This document shows, one piece after another, positions 22,111-34,411 of a stretch of DNA of 64,000 nt. The position numbers and the translations under genes were made by a program. Numbering within the stretch: position 1 is the stretch's first letter; every line of letters begins with the position of its first letter. The DNA is from Malacoraja senta (taxonomy: Eukaryota), in NCBI GenBank assembly GCA_038087875.1, contig CM075994.1:744001-808000 (forward strand), written 5' to 3'. The notes beneath the pieces were generated by a model. It made no database searches, had not been told where the DNA came from, and saw only the letters and a list, made by a program, of their open reading frames with translations.

Positions 22111-22890
22111 TCTAATTCATTTTTTTATTTAATGTGGAACAATAAAAGAGTCTATCTGTGTCCCTAGTAGAAGCATGCAGTAGGAATAATTTCGTTTTGT
22201 TTGTTGTCACGTTAACGGAGGTACAGTTAAAACTTTTTGTTGCGTGCTAACCAGTCAGCGGAAAGACAATACATGCTTGCAATGGAGCCGTCCACATTGT
22301 ACAGATACACGATAAGGGAATAACGTTTCGTGCAAGGTTAATCCAGTAAATTCCGGTAAAAAATAGTCCGACGGTCACCAATGAGGTAGATAGTAATTTA
22401 GCACTGCTCACTGGTTGTGGTAGGATGCTTCAGTTTCTTGATAACAGTTGGGAAGGAACTATCCCTGAAACTTGAGGTGTGTGTTTTCATATTTCTTTAC
22501 ATTTTGCTCGATGGGAGAGGGGAGAAAAGGGGAGAGAGGAGAACTCCCTATTCTCTAATTGGCAATTTGGAGAGTCCAATTATCCTACAAAAATTTTAGG
22601 TTGTGGAAGGAAATGCAGCACCGAGAGGAAACCCACGCGGCAACATAGAGATTAGATGATCTTGCCATCGTGTTTGGCACGGTCATTGTGGCACGGACAT
22701 TATGTTCCAGTGTTAAGTTCCAAGTTCTAAGTGCAGGACATAGGGTTAATTATCAAAACGTTTGAGAAACATTTATACACGTACATGGGTCGGACAGGTT
22801 TGGAGGGATATGGACCAAATGCAGGCAGGTGGGACTAGTGTAGACGGAGCATGGTGGCCATTGTGAGCAAGTTTGGCTGAAGGGTACCCC

Positions 22891-25800
22891 TCAGGTTCCT
22901 CGTACATCTTTCCCCCTCACCTTAACACCTGTGCACAGAGCAGCGAAGGGGGACGTGAGCAGGGTGTTCAACTGCGCTCTGAACCTGCTCTGGGTGAGCG
23001 CGTACACACAGGTGTTTGTGCAGTAACCGAGGCACTTCAGCAACATCGCGACTTGCACGGCCGCGTACAGCGAGCGGGGGCCGAGGAACATCACCGTCGC
23101 GCGCACCCTGACCCAGGCTTGGATCACCGTGATGGGAACGGCCAGCGCCACGAAGCTCCCGGAGACGGCGAACAGCAGGGCGACCGACGCCCTCCGGCTC
23201 CTGACCTCGGGGTCGTCGCCCCCGCCCCCCTGGCAAGAGCCCTTCAAGGCCAGTCGGGCCCTGCTCGCCCCTATGATGTGTCTGGCGGTCAGCGAATTCA
23301 GCAGCAGCAGGGCGGGGATGGGGAGGAAGGTGTTGAGGAGGTTGGAGGTCCAGCGATGGGCGGACCACAGCAGGGATTCCAGGTGACCCGGCACAGGGCA
23401 GCAACCGTAGGCCACACGGTGAACGGTGTGACAGGGCCGGTAGCGGAGAGGCAAGGGCGCGTTCGTCAACACACTGACCATTCCTACCGCCGCTAGCACC
23501 ATGGCCGCCGTTCTCTCGGTGCAATACGTGCGCCTCAGCTTCCGGCAACAGATAGCCACGAAACGGTCACACGTGAAGAACACGGTGAACCAGGTATTGA
23601 GCTGGAAACTGAAGCCTTGCAAGTAGGCACTGAGCCGGCACACGAGCGTGTAGCGGAGCGGAGACCCGGGGAAGTGGTACCTGAAAGGACAAGAAACGCC
23701 GGGGTGACTCAGCGGGGCAGGCAGCGGCTCTGGAAAGAAAATAGATACAAAACGCTGGATGTAACTCAGCGGGTCAGGCAGCAAATGGAGGAAAGATAAA
23801 CACAAAACGCTGGAATAACGCAGCGGGTCGGCACGGTGGCGCAGCGGTAGAGTTGCTGCCAGAGATCCGGGTTCGATTCTGACTACGGGTGCAGTCTGCC
23901 CGGAGATTGGCCGTTCTCCCCGTGACATCGTGGGTATTCTCCGGGTGCCCAAGGTTTCCTCTAACTTTTGCAATCAGACCAGTGGAGTGTGGGAGCAATC
24001 CGGAGCATCCGGATAAAACCCACGCAGTCACAGGCAGAATGTTCATACTACACACAGACACACCAAAGTCAGAGTCGAACCCAGGTCTTTAGTGCTGTGC
24101 AGGGAACAGGAGCGGGGAGGCGTGGGAAGAGAGAGGGGTGGTGTGGGGTAGAATGGAATGGGCTTTGGGGGAGGTTGGTGAAAGGTTACCTAAAATCGGA
24201 GTATTCAATGTTCATACCGTTGGGTTGTAAGATGCTATTCCTGCAATTTGCGTGTGGCCTCACTCTGGCAGTGAAGGAGGCCCAGGATAAAAGGCCAGAG
24301 CGGTAACGGGAAGGGAATGGTTAAAAACCGGGAGATCCAGCAGGTCTTGGCGGACCGAGCGCAAGAGTTCGGCGAAATTTTCGCCCAGTCTACACATTGT
24401 CTTGCCGATGTCCAGGAGGCCACATCGGGAACTGGGATATCTCCCGGTGGCCAAATACTTTTACTCCTCCTCCCATTCGCACACGTACCCATTCTGTCAG
24501 GGGCCTCCTCCATTGTCAGAGTGAGGCCCAGCGCAAACAGGAGCAACAGCACCTCGTGTTTCGCTTGGGCAGCTTACACCCCAGCTTGACTTCTCTAACT
24601 CCAAGTGACCCTTGCTTTTCCTCTCTCTCCATCCCATCCTAATTCCCCGACCAGTCTGACTGTCCCTTTGATTAAATATTTATCTCTCTTTGCTTCGTTG
24701 TCCACTTCCCCGAGCTAACAATGGTCCATTCTACTTTTCCCTTGATCAGAATACCTCTTCACCCCAACCCCCCTTCCCAAATCTTTGCACATCCCCAAAC
24801 CTTTCCATTCGTCACTTTAATTTAATGTATCTTGTTTTTTTATGACTGTTAGCAGAATACTTTCCCTCCTGGGATTAGTAAAGTTCTATCGTATTGTATG
24901 GTAGCAGCATCCCATTTGATGTCTCGTTTTCACACCTTTCCTTTTCATATCTCTGCGTGTCCCGCTCCACTGACTCTCAGTCTGAAGAAGGCTCTCGACA
25001 TGAAACCTCACCCATTCTTTCTATCCGCAGATGCTGCCTGTCCCGCCGCGTTACTCCAGCATTTCGTGTCTATCTTCGGCGTAAACCAGCATCTGCAGTT
25101 CCTTCCTACACATGCAGTAGATGAGGTTGGAGCAGGTATCCAGTACGTACCTGACTATCTGGCTGACTATGACGTTGAAGACCAACACCATGAGATCACC
25201 CATCGCCATGGCCATCATGTAGCAGGTGATGTCTTTGGAGAGACCGCACTTTCCTCGAAACAGGATCACCAAGGACATCAAGTTGGCTGTAAGGAAACAC
25301 ACAACGGCGAGAAGCAAGAGGGAAATGGGATAGAGGCGTGGGGACTGCATCTGTAGGGACCGGCAATAAATGTAACAATAATTTCAGCAGTCCTGAACTA
25401 CTTTCTACCTCATTGGTGACACTCGGACCGAGTGTGACCGGACTGATGTCTTTACCTTGCACTGAACGTCATTCCCTTATCATGTATCTGCACACCGGAA
25501 ATGGCTCGATTGTAATCGCGATTTCCGCTGACTGGTTCGCACGCAACAAAAGCGTTTCACTGTACCTCGGTACACGTGATAATGAACTAAATTCAACTGA
25601 ACTGAATACGATCCAAGTCATTTGGGTATTTATTAACCGGAAATTGACAGGCTCTTGATCAATAAGGTTGTTAAAGGATAGGGGGAAAAGGCAGGAGAAT
25701 GGGAGTGATCAGGGGAAGATAGATCAGCCATGACTGAATGTTACAGTAGACTTGACGGGCTCTTCACATTCACTCCATCCAGGCCATACACAACACCCGA

Positions 25801-26603
25801 GGTCAGGACTGAACCCAGGTCTTTTGCGATGTGAGGCAGCAACGCTCCCTCTGCGCCACGGTGCTACACCTAATTTTAGATAATAAGAGTGAAAATAGGC
25901 CATTCGGCCCGTCGGTCCTGCGCAGACCAGCGACTACCTGCCCAATGTTAGAAGCAATCCGTCTTCCCTTAGCATTGAAACCAAGAGCACAAAAGTGAAC
26001 AATCTCATCGTTGCCCTGACTCTGACCACTGACTGGCACAATGGATGCAGAGATATCAACTGCAGCCAAAAACAATGAAGAGACATAGAAGGATTCAACC
26101 TCCGGTATTCCAGAGAAAACAATCCAAGTCTGTCCGACTTCTCCTTGTAGCTGATTCCTGCTAAAGCAGGCATCATTCTGCTAAGAGGCACACAAATGCT
26201 GGATTAACTCAGTGGGTCAGACAGCATCTCTGGAGAGAAGGAATAAGTCACATTTTGGGTCGAGACCTTTATTTCAGACCAGTAAGGAGAAAAGAAAACG
26301 AGAGATATTGTCGGTGATAGAGAGAGATAAAGAGCAAATTAATGAAAGCTATGCATAAAGTAACGATGATCAAGGAAATGGAGAGCCCATGATGGCCCAT
26401 TGTTGGATGAGGGCTAGGTGATAACGAGTTGTACAGACAGTGAAACTCAATAAGACGACAGTGAAACTAGTACGACAACTAGGGTGGGGGAGGGAGGCAC
26501 GGAGAGAAAACCACCGCTACATTAAATTAAATGACTTACCAGGCACACCAATGACTGCAATAATCGGGTAGAAGATCTCGATGTGAAGTGCGTACGTTCC
26601 CAT
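22891..26603 (-). CDS. GPR139/GPR142-like GPCR, copy B, intact; complement(join(22891..23680,25151..25286,26540..26603))
   Basis: Same exon sizes (64/136/790), canonical splice sites and an open reading frame. Confidence 0.9.
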
Positions 26604-26798
26604 CCTCTGATGAAAGGAGGCGCTCTATGAATGGGGTGCTTTGGAAACGGAAGGATTTATACGTGAGGAGATAGTCTCTTGCGACATCCATGTCATTAGC
26701 CAGAGCAAATATTCAACGCAAGGGTTCGCAAAGCAGCACTAATGAGACCTAATGATCCTCAGAGATAACATTGCACTCACAACCACAGTCATTACATC

Positions 26799-29700
26799 AG
26801 ATTCAGATTCAGATTCAACTTTATTGTCATTGTGCAGTCTACAGTATAGAGACAACGAAATGCAGTTAGCATCTCCGTAGAAGAGCGACATAAATATGAG
26901 CAGTAAACAAATAAATCTAATAAATCCTTGTGGGATGAGTGTCCGGGGGTTGGGGGGGGGGGTGATTGGCAGTCACCGAGGTACAGTGTTGAGTAGTGTA
27001 ACCGCCGCAGGGAAGAAGCTGTCCCTGGACCTGCTGGTCCGGCAACGGAGAGACATGTAGCGCCTCCCGGATGGTAGGAGGGTAAACAGTCTGTGGTTGG
27101 GGTGAGAGCAGTCCTTGGCGATGATGAGCGCCCTTCGCAGACAACGCTTGCTTTGGACAGACTCAATGGTGGGGAGTGAGGAAACGGTGATGCGTTGGGC
27201 AATTCTCACCACCCTCTGCAGTGCTTTCCGGTCGGAGACAGAGCAGTTGCCATACCATACTGTGATGCAGTTGGTAAGGATGCTCTCGATGGTGCAGCGG
27301 TAGACGTTCACCAGAATCTGAGGAGACAGATGGACCTTCTTTAGTCTCCTCAGGAAGAAGAAACGCTGGTGAGCCTTCTTGACCAGAGTTGAGGTATTGT
27401 CGGTCCAAGAGAGGTCATCGGAGATGTTGACCCCCAGGAACCTGAAGCTGGAAACACGTTCCACCTCCGTCCCGTTAATGTGGATGGGGGTGTGCGTGCC
27501 GCCCCTAGACTTCCTGAAGTCTACAATGAGCTCCTTGGTCTTCTTGGAGTTAAGGGCCAGGTTGTTGTCAGTGCACCACGCTGCTAGGAGCTGGACCTCC
27601 TCCCTATAGGCCGACTCATCGTTGTTGCTGATGAGGCCAATCACCGTTGTATCATCTGCATACTTGATGATGGTATTAGTACCAAGTACAGGTGTGCAGT
27701 CGTAGGTGAAGAGGGAGTAGAGGAGGGGGCTCAGCACACAGCCCTGTGGAACGCCGGTGTTCGGGGTGAGGGTTGAAGAGGTGTGCTTGTCTAACCTAAC
27801 AGACTGGGGTCTGTTGGTTAGAAAGTCCAGTATACAGTTGCAGAGGGAGGGGTCGATGCCCAGGTCACCGAGTTTGGTGATCAGTTTAGAGGGTATGATG
27901 GTGTTGAATGCTGAGCTGTAATCGATCAACAGCATTCTTACGTAAGTGTCTCTGTTGTCGAGGTGGGAGAGGGCGGAGTGAAGTGCCGTTGAGATGGCAT
28001 CCTCCGTACTCCTGTTCTTGCGGTAGGCAAACTGATAGGGATCCAATGTGGGGGGTAGGCAGCCTTTGAGGTGTCCCAGGACCAGCCTCTCGAAGCACTT
28101 GGCGATTATGGGAGAAAGTGCAACTGGTCGGAAGTCGTTGAGGCTCGCCGCAGTGGAGTGTTTTGGCACCGGCACGATGGAGGTGGATTTAAGGCACGTG
28201 GGCACAACTGCTTGGGCAAGTGACAGGTTGAAGATGTCAGTCCAGACGTGTGTCAGCTGCGCAGCACAGGCCCTGAGGACGCGGCCGGGGATGCCATCGG
28301 TGCCAGCAGCCTCACGTGCATTAGTCCTACTCAGTGCCACGTACACGTCGTAGGGGGTGAGTGAGAGGGGCTGGTGATCGGCAGGGAGCGCCGCCTTGAT
28401 GGCCAACTGCCGATTGTCCCTATCGAAGCGGTCATAGAAGTGGTTAAGCTCCTCAAGAAAGGAGGCGTTGCTGGATGTGGGGGTGGTGTTGGTGGGTCTG
28501 AAGCCCGTGATGGCCTGAATGCCTTGCCACATGCGTCGGGAGTCGGAGTTGTTGTTGAAGTGCTCCTCAATCCTGAGCTTATGGCAGTGCTTGGCCTTCT
28601 TTATGCCCTTCTTCAGGTTAGCCCTGGATGAACTATAGGCTCGGGCATCGCCTGACCTGAAAGTGGTGTCCCGTGCTTTCAGCAGTAGCCTGACCTCGCT
28701 GTTCATCCATGGCTTCTGATTCGGGAATATGGTCACCCGTTTGAGGGAGGTGACACTGTTGATGGTGGAGTTTATAAAGTCCAGAACAGAGGATGTATAG
28801 GAGTCAATTTCCGTGTGGGAGTCAAGGGTGGCCTGGGCTGCAAACGCCATCCAGTCAGTGTTTCCAAAACACTGCTGAAGTGTGGAGTCCGCATCTTCTG
28901 ACCAGACTTTAACTGTCCTCACAGTGGGTTTAACCCGTCTGATGAGTGGGGAGTACTTTGGGAGCAGGAACAATGAGAGGTGATCAGACTGTCCAAGGTG
29001 GGGGAGGAGGACGGCTTTGTAAGCTTCAGCCATGTTGGTGTAGACTTTGTCCAGTGTCTTGTCTTCTCTAGTGGCGAAGGAGACATGTTGGTGGAATTTG
29101 GAGAGTGCAGTCTTCAGGTTGGAGTGATTGAAGTCACCCGCAACAATGAAGGCTGCCTCGGGGTTGTGAGTCTGTTGTTTGCTAATGTCAGTATGCAGAT
29201 CTTTCATTGCAAGCTTGGCATTAGCATCAGGAGGAATATAGGCTGCAGTCACAACAGTGGAGGTAAACTCTCTGGGCAGATAGAACGGTCTGCATCTAAC
29301 CAAGAGGAACTCTAGGTTAGCTGAGCAGTGACTCTCGATGATGGTGGTGTCCGTGCACCATGCTTTGTTTACATAAATGCACAGACCTCCACCTCTGGTC
29401 TTACCGGAGTCTATTGTCCTGTCCGCTCGGAGTAAATGCCGCCCCGATAGCTGGATGGCGCTGTCAGGAACGTCGGTGTTGAGCCAAGTTTCAGTGACGA
29501 TCAAGATGCTGCAGTCTTTGATCCAGTTGTGGGGGGGGGGTGATCCTCAGCCGGAGTTCGTCCATTTTGTTTGCCAGTGAGCGCACGTTGGCGAGGAAAA
29601 GGCTAGGAATCGCTAGCCTGTGTGGGACTAGCTCTAACCTGGCCTTTAACCCACCTCTGCGTCCCCGGCGGTGCTTCCGTTCACGTCGCCGTCTGTTGGT

Positions 29701-29803
29701 GCTTCCGGTCGGCCGAGCTGGCTTGGTGGGCGCTGGTGTTCTGCCGCCCCGCGACTCTGCTGGCGTTCTACTAGTTTACTAGTTTAGTTTGGTTAGTGTA
29801 ATC
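26799..29803 (-). mobile_element. Rex1/Babar-type LINE copy upstream of gene B, nearly intact (843-aa ORF 26973..29504; one frameshift in the G run at 29531-29540)
   Basis: Continuous APE-RT ORF with GVPQGCVLSP and YADD; (TGAATC)n tail. Confidence 0.92.
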
Positions 29804-31769
29804 ACTAGTTTAGTTTAGTTAGTGTGCTTTAGTTAATTTAATTTAGTTAGTTTGCTTTAGTTAGTTCACTTTAGTGTATTAGTTTGCTTTAATTAGTTAT
29901 GTTATCATTAATCTAGTTTAGTTTTGTTTTGTTCCATTTCATTATATTTCGTTTAATTTAATTTAGCCAAGTTAGTTTAGTTTAATTTAGTTTAGTTTAA
30001 TTTAGTTTAGTTTAGTCTATTCTAGTGGAATTTAGTTTAGTTTTGAATCGTTTATTTTAGGTTAGTTGAATGATACAGCTCGGAAACTTGATCTGAAACT
30101 TGATCTGAAAAGGCACATCATCACATTCAGGCACAGTTTCTTCCCGGCTGTTATCAGGCAATTGATACACCCTACCATAACCAGAGAGCAGTCCTGAACT
30201 ACTATCTACCCTTTTGGTGACCCTTGGCTTGGTCTATTCTCTATCAGATTTCGATGTCCGGAAGTGGCGGGGCTGCCCAACCAACTGCGGCTCTCCTGCA
30301 GTCCTTTTGTCTTTTCTTTTTTGTGTGTGTTTCTTTTGTCCTGTTGTTTACTTTATTTCGTTTATTTTAGTTGTGTATGTGTGGGGGGATGGGAGAAATT
30401 GTCTTTAGTCTCCTCCTTCAGGGAGGATGCGACCTTTTCTTGTCGTATCCCCCGTCTCCGTCTCCGTCTGCGCTGAGGCCTAATCGCGGAGCTGGCGGCC
30501 TCCAACAGGGACCGACTTCGAGGCTCCGGAGGCAGAGCCAGGACTTACCATCGCGAGGCTGGCGGACTTCGGGGTTGTGGTGGCGGCGACCCGACTACGG
30601 AGCCTCGGAGGCCCCAGTGGACGACAACGTCGGGAGCTCGCAGGTCCCAGGTTGGTGACCGATTCTCCGGAGCTCCCGCAACATCAGCTTCGTCCGCTGG
30701 ACTGGTGGGTGGCAGCTTCGGCAGCTTCGACCGCCCCGGGCCACGGTGTTTGAACCAGCCCGTTCGCGGAGCTCGGTTGCAGCCGCTGGGAGGCCCAACA
30801 CCGGAAGCCTGGATCGCCTCAAAGTAGAGGGAGACGAGGAGGGAAATGACAAGGACTTTAAATTTTTTGCCTTCCATCACAATGAGGAGGTGCCTGGTAG
30901 ACTCACTGTGGTGGATGTTAAACTGTGTTAACTGTGTGTTTTGTTATTTTATTCTATGTTATAACTGCAAGGTATAAAATTTCGCTCAGACTGAAATGTC
31001 TAAATGACAATAAAGGATACTTAAATTGCTTCAACTTAAGACGGTTAAGACGGACTGAGCGGATGTGTTCAACAAAACGATCGCCGAGCCTGCGCTTGGT
31101 CTCGCCGATGTGCGGAGGTTCACACCTGGGACAGCGGATACAGTAGATGAGGTTGTAGGAGATGCAAGTGAACCTCTGCCTCACCTGAAAAGACTGTCGG
31201 GGTGAGGAGGTGCAAATGCAGATGAGGCAGAGGTTGACTGGCATCTCCTCCAACATCATCTACAGGGCCGAGGTTAGATTCCGACTATGGGTGCTGTCTG
31301 TAAGTTCTCCCCTTGACCTGCGCCAGAGATGTTCGGTTTCCTCCCACACTCCAAAGACGTACAGGTAGGTAGGTTAATTGGCTTGGTAGAAATGTAAATT
31401 GTCCCTAGTGTGTGCGGGATCGTGTCAACGTGCGGGTATCGTTGGTCGGCACGGACTCGGTGGGCCGAAGGGCCTGTTCCGCGCTGCATCTCTAAACGAA
31501 ACTAAATAAAACGAAGCTAAAACTAAACGTTAGTGACGCCAAATGTATTAATGGCAAGTCTGTATGTATTGGATGTATAATGGTAATAACAGCGAGCATG
31601 TCAAATGGTCTGCCTATCGTCTTCTGAAACCTCAAGGAGCGGAGTTCAAAGGTAGGGAACATGAATAGGTTGACAACAGGTACTAACTGGCACCGTATTT
31701 TAATGTATTGATGAATTGTACACTTTCAAAACCTTTTGGGATATCCACATGACTCAGGGTGTTCTCTAG

Positions 31770-32372
31770 TCATGACAAGAGGAGTCGAGTATAGGAGCAA
31801 AGAGGTCCTTCTGCAGTGGTACAGGGCACTAGTGAGACGACACCTGGTGTATTGTGAGCAGTTTTGGTCCCCTTATTTGAGGAAGGAAATTCTTGCTATT
31901 GAGGGAGTGCAGCGTAGGTATACAAGGTTAATTCCCGCGATGGCGGGACTGTCATATGCTGATAGAATGGTGCGGCTGGGCTTGTATACTCTGGAATTTA
32001 GATGAGAGGGGTTCTTATTGAAACATATAAGATTATTAAGGGTTTGGACATGCTAGAGGCAGGACACATGTTGGGGGAGTCCAGAACCAGGGGCCACAGT
32101 TTAAGACTGAGGGGTAAGCCATTTAGAACGGAGACGAGAAAACACCTTTTCACACAGAGAGCTGTGATTCTGTGGAATTCTCTGCCTGTGGAGGCTGGTT
32201 CTCTGGATACTGTCAAGAGAAAGCTAGATCGGGCTCTTAAAGATAGCGGAGTCAGGGGATATGGTGAGAAGGCAGGAACGGAGTACTGATTGGGGATGAT
32301 CAGCCATGGTCACATTGAATGGCGGTGCTAGCACGACGGACCGAATGGCCCACTCCTGCGTCTATTCTCTAT
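31770..32372 (+). mobile_element. CR1 3' fragment (unit copy)
   Basis: Paralog of 3410-4010. Confidence 0.87.
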
Positions 32373-32528
32373 AGAAACATTGAAATAATATTCCATTTCG
32401 TGTCCCGTTGTGAAACAGTGAATTCAGTGACTGCAATTTATGTTATTTACTCCGTGCAGACGAGATTTCGCCCCGCTTCGAATGGACCCAATGAGAACAA
32501 AGTTTGTGATCAACCAGATTAAAGAACA

Positions 32529-33630
32529 AATGGCTCAATGGTTCATTGGTTCAATGGCTCTATGGTTCAACGATTCAATGGCTCAATGGTTCAATGGCTT
32601 AATGGCTAAATGGCTCAATGGCTCTATGGTTCAACGATTCAACGGCTCAACGGTTCAATGGTTCAATGATTCAATGATTGAATGATTCAATGATTGAATG
32701 ATTCAATGGCTCAATGATTCAATGGCTCAATGGCTCAATGGTTCAATGATTCAATGATTCAATGATTCAATGGCTCAATGGTTCAATGGTTCAATGGCTC
32801 AATGGTTCAATCATTCAAAATTTCTCAATGATCAATGATTCAACGATTCCATGATTCAATGGTTCAATGGTTCGATGTTTTGAAGGCTCAATGATACAAT
32901 TGTTCAATGATTCGATGGTTCAATGATTCGATGATTCAATGGTTCAATGGTTCAATGGCTCAATGGCTCAATGGCTCAACGGTTCAACGGTTCAATGATT
33001 CAATGATCCAATGATTCATTGGCTCAATGATTCAATGGTTCTGTGGTTCAATGATTCAATTAATGTTATTTACTCCGTGCAGACGAGATTTCTCCCCGCT
33101 TCGAATGGACCCAATGAGAACAGAGTTTGTGATCAACCAGATTAAAGGACAAATGGCTCAATGATTCAATGGTTCAATGGCCCAATGGCTCCATCGTTCA
33201 ATGGTTCAATGATTCAATGGCTCAATCGTTCAACGATTCAATGATTCATTGTTTCAATGGTTCAATGGCTTATGGTCTGAGTGCAGGTAGATGCGACTAG
33301 GTGAGAGTAAGTGTTCGGCACGGACTACAAGGGCCGAGATGGCCTGTTTCCGTGCTGTAATTGTTATATGGTTATATGGTTATAATGGTTTAATGGTTGA
33401 ATGATTCAATGGTTCAATGATTCAAAGGCTCAATAGTTCAATGGTTCAATGGCTCATTGGTTCAATGATTCAATGGCTCAATGGTTCAATGATTGAATAG
33501 CTCAATGGCTCAATGGCTGACTGGTTCAATGATTCAATGGTTCACTGGCTGAATGGTTGAATGATTCAATGGTTCAATGATTCAATGATTCAATGGTTGC
33601 ATGATTCAATGGTTCAATGATTCAATGATG
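32529..33630. repeat. Octamer YTCAATGR minisatellite
   Basis: Read directly from the sequence. Confidence 0.96.
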
Positions 33631-34411
33631 ATCCAATTCATGTTTTATTTTAATCTGGAACAATAAAAGAGTCTATCTGTCACCCTAGTAGACGCATACA
33701 GTAGGAATAATTTCGTTTTGTTTGTTGTCACGTTAACGGAGGTACAGTTAAAACTTTTTGTTGCGTGCTAACCAGTCAGCGGAAAGACAATACATGATTA
33801 CAATGGAGCCGTCCACATTGTACAGATACACGATAAGGGAATAACGTTTCGTGCAAGGTTAATCCAGTAAATTCCGGTAAAAAATAGTCCGACGGTCACC
33901 AATGAGGTAGATAGTAATTTAGCACTGCTCACTGGTTGTGGTAGGATGCTTCAGTTTCTTGATAACAGTTGGGAAGAAACTATCCCTGAAACTTGAGGTG
34001 TGTGTATTCATATTTCTATACATTTTGCGCGATGGGAGAGGGGAGAAAAGGGGAGAGAGGAGAACTCCCTATACTCTAATGGGCAATTTGGTGAGTCCAA
34101 ATATCTTACAAAATTTTTAGGGTGTGGAAGGAAATGCAGCACCGAGAGGAAACCCACGCGGCAACATAGAGATTAGATGATCTTGCCATCGTGTTTGGCA
34201 CGGTCATTGTGGCACGGACATTGTGTTCCAGTGCTAAGTTCCAAGTTCTAAGTGCAGGACATAGGGTTAATTATCACAACGTTTAAGAAACATTTATACA
34301 CGTACATGGATCGGACAGGTTTGGAGGGATATGGACCAAATGAAGGCAGGTGGGCCTAGTGTAGACGGAGCATGGTGGCCATTGTGAGCAAGTTTGGCTG
34401 AAGGGTACCCC

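Noticed and set aside
22891..23973. 360-aa single-exon ORF (also 57278..58363 and 11321..12181) as the complete receptor
   Set aside because: The N-terminal extension is SINE/Penelope intron sequence without TM1-2. The real N-terminus comes from two upstream exons.
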